Part shown: piece by piece, positions 61,288 through 64,000 of the stretch | Layout of the letters: each line of letters starts with the position of its first letter | Numbering within the stretch: the stretch's first letter is position 1 | Assembly (NCBI GenBank): GCA_965645245.1 | Contig: OZ287068.1 | Span: 2,046,001-2,110,000, forward strand | Origin: Massalongia carnosa | Taxonomy: Eukaryota | Length of the DNA: 64,000 bases | Direction of reading: 5' to 3' | Made by a program: the position numbers and the translations under genes | Notes under the pieces: generated by a model | What the model was told of the DNA's origin: nothing | The model's input: only the letters and a program-made list of their open reading frames with translations | Databases searched by the model: none

Positions 61288-62670
61288 ATGTCCAAGCCCA
61301 TCCTTCACGTTGCCATCGTCGGCGCTGGCCTTGGTGGCCTGGCAGCTGCAATTGGGATTGCTCGCGGTGGTCATGAGGTGACTGTATTGGAACGAGCTTC
61401 TGTGCTTGGTGAAGTATGTACTTTACGGCCCCACTGAAGCATGCTCTCACTACTTGCTGATCTATCGAGATCGGAGCTGGCATTCAGGTCCCCCCAAACT
61501 CATCCCGGATTCTCAAATTTTGGGGTATCCTTGAAAAGATTGAATCCGTTTCGGTTCGGCCGAGAGACTTCATCTTCCGCTCATACCATGATGGAGCTAT
61601 CCTCTCCCAACAAAACATGGTTCCCTATGCCGAGGACTGTTATGGAGTGCCTTACTTACATATTCATCGTGCTGACTATCACCGAATTCTAGTGGAAGAA
61701 GCAAGACGCCTGGGTGTAACAATAATTCTAGGCTTTACGGCGACGGAAATAGATTTTGAGAAGCCGTCCGTAAAATGCGCAAACAGGACCGAATTCTACG
61801 CCGATGTCATTCTCGGTGCGGATGGTCTTAAGTCGGCGTGCCGCGAAGCCTTACTTGGACATTCAGATCCTCCGCATCTCACGGGTGACTTGGCTTATCG
61901 GATCCTCATTAATGCCGAGGATATGCGGCAGCATCCGGATCTGCGAGAGTTGGCCGAAAAGCCAGCTATAAACTACTGGTTGGGACCCAATGCTCATGTT
62001 GTATGCTATTTACTTCAAAGGGGAGGGTTGTACAATGTCGTACTCATTTGCCCGGACAACCTTCCAGAACTAGTGAGTAATGCTAAGGCGGACTTACAAG
62101 AGATGCGAGACCTCTTTGAGCATTGGGATCCCAAGCTCAAGGCGCTGCTTGGACTGGTGCAAGCGACGAGTAAATGGCGGTTGCAAAACAGCAAGGAAAT
62201 GAAGAGTTGGAGGCACCCCGGTGGGAAATTCACCCTTCTTGGTGATGCTTGCCATGCCACGCTGCCTTACCTGTAGGTTCTCCTATGCCATTTTTTTACG
62301 GAAATCAAATTCTGAATGTATATGCATCAGGGCTCAGGGTGCAGCTCAAGCATTGGAAGATGGAGCTGTGCTGGGTGCCCTATTTGCGCGCATCGAGCGA
62401 CGATCCCAGGTCGCCGACGTCCTATGCATTTACGAGGGCCTCCGTAAGGAACGCACCACTCGTATCGTCCAAGGTAGCACTGATATACGGGATGTCTTTC
62501 ATCTAGAAGATGGTGAACGACAACAGGAGCGAGATCGTCAACTGCTAAAACTGGAGCCGTTGGAGAACTGTCCGAACCGTTGGGCAGATCCCGTTTTTCA
62601 GAAATGGATGTTCGGCTACGATGCAGAGAGGGAAGTAGAAGTGGCTTGGGCGAAGTATCAAGGCAGATAG
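61288..62670 (+). CDS. FAD-dependent monooxygenase (salicylate hydroxylase-like), 3 exons
   Basis: VAIVGAGLGGL, E/IGAGIQVPPN, IHRADY, GADGLKS, LLGDACHATLPYL/AQGAAQALEDG, and the C-terminal NRWADP.FQ.W.FGYDA. Confidence 0.94.
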
Positions 62671-63862
62671 CGTTGGGGGATACTGGTGATACTACCACCA
62701 GGTTGTCGCTGCAGGCAATTATTAACAAGCATAGAAGCTCTGAAGATACCCATTTTGCAGGTTTAGACGGAAGAGCAATCACTCCAAATGTTAGATTCAT
62801 AGATTATATGGCTGAGATTGATCGTTTTTGAAACGATCCAAGTCGATATATCCACAAGGGTTGGCCCCATGTTGGGTCAGTGCAATGACATGTTGATGGC
62901 TGTGCCTTTCATTTTTCCAGCACATGACATGTCCATACAACTTTCTATGAGAAAACCGCCTATCATCTCCAGGAAATTCCCGCCAACTCAGGTTTTTCCT
63001 TGAAATCCGTCTGCAGTTCTGCTTTCACCACTGCCGCTGAATATAAGAGGGTCGTTTAGCTCGAAGACGATATTAGCGGCTGAGCAATCAGATTCATAAG
63101 CTACATTCAAATAGTCCAATTAGGTTGAACTACCCAATATCGGCAGACAGAAAATTGAGGCTTGAGTTATTATGGATCATGGAAAACTAATTAAATGAAA
63201 ACTTCTCCCCAAAAGTCACTCAACTACACTCTTTAGCTTATCTGGGTTAGGTGCGGTTCATCTTCCTTTACTCCTATCCTTTCGCCTTTCACCTCCGCAC
63301 GCTGTTCTTAAACTTTCCATAACTCTTATTTCAGGTCTGGATCAGATCATCAGTTTTTCTATATGCATAACGTATATTATATTTCAAGAACGTCGAATCA
63401 GATCCTCAGAAAATTTTGGTTTCATCGGCAAGTGAGAGGCAAAATCTGAGCTCATCCTCATCATTCCTCGAAATAAATCATCACAGCACAGGGAATCATG
63501 ATAGTAAGACAGAACTTTTTTGTTTTGTATTGAAGAGACATTCTGCATGACGAAAGATGCAGTTAACGTCAGCTTATATTCTGGGAATGGGGAATGGCAA
63601 ATCTTTTTTAATCGTACTAGTGTTCACCCCCTTCTGCACCAGCGCAAAACGCGGCCGCTAGATTAGCTTCATTATTTGATAATCACAAAATCAAAAATCT
63701 GCTTTAACAACGAATGTACATAGTTAAATTTATCATTATATGCATTGATAACACTGAAACTTACAACAATCGACAACCACACTCTAGGCTACTATTATTG
63801 ATTTGACTCTCACATCTATCTATTCTCTCAACACGTCTTCCCTTGTAACGCGTACCGACGTT

Positions 63863-64000
63863 ATGTCGACGCCGAGTAGGCGGCGTGGCGACATCGCTGC
63901 GCGGGCGCTACAAGAGAAGAAAAGCAGCGCAAACCTTACGAGCCGAGCAGTACGCGCAATAGCTGACATTGAAAAACAGCTACGCGACAAATCCAGAGAG
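63863..64000 (+). CDS. Possible 5' end of an ORF running off the window
   Basis: Abrupt GC rise after AT-rich sequence, with ATG at 63863 open to the end (MSTPSRRRGDIAARALQEKK...). Too short to identify. Confidence 0.25.
   Translation, partial: MSTPSRRRGDIAARALQEKKSSANLTSRAVRAIADIEKQLRDKSRE

Noticed and set aside
58344..62670. GUT2 and the FAD monooxygenase as members of the NRPS-PAL cluster
   Set aside because: GUT2 is core metabolism and separates the monooxygenase from the cluster. Nothing in the sequence links them.

Overview
Eukaryotic DNA from a filamentous ascomycete (short GT-AG introns with CTAA/CTGA branch sites, fungal gene families). Housekeeping-type genes lie at both ends and in between: a PTH11-like membrane protein, TatD DNase, a Siw14-family phosphatase, an Mtr-like amino-acid permease, a secreted SnoaL-fold protein, an FHA-like/kinase, a BTB protein, GUT2 and an FAD monooxygenase. 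They are interspersed with many transposons: two full-length Ty3/gypsy chromoviruses (4930-12062 + and 24579-30430 -, both with 5-bp TSDs), a solo LTR, two Tc1/mariner remnants and a truncated hAT element that hosts the second chromovirus. The most notable region is about 36.2-54.1 kb, a decaying secondary-metabolite cluster. It holds a heavily frameshifted C-A-T-C-A-T-E-C NRPS divergent from a still-intact MIO aromatic ammonia-lyase/aminomutase (PAL family). It also holds an MFS transporter and an AsaB/CmcJ-family oxygenase that appear to have been broken together by one ~1.6-kb inversion. All calls come from reading and translating the sequence by eye; no database searches were run.
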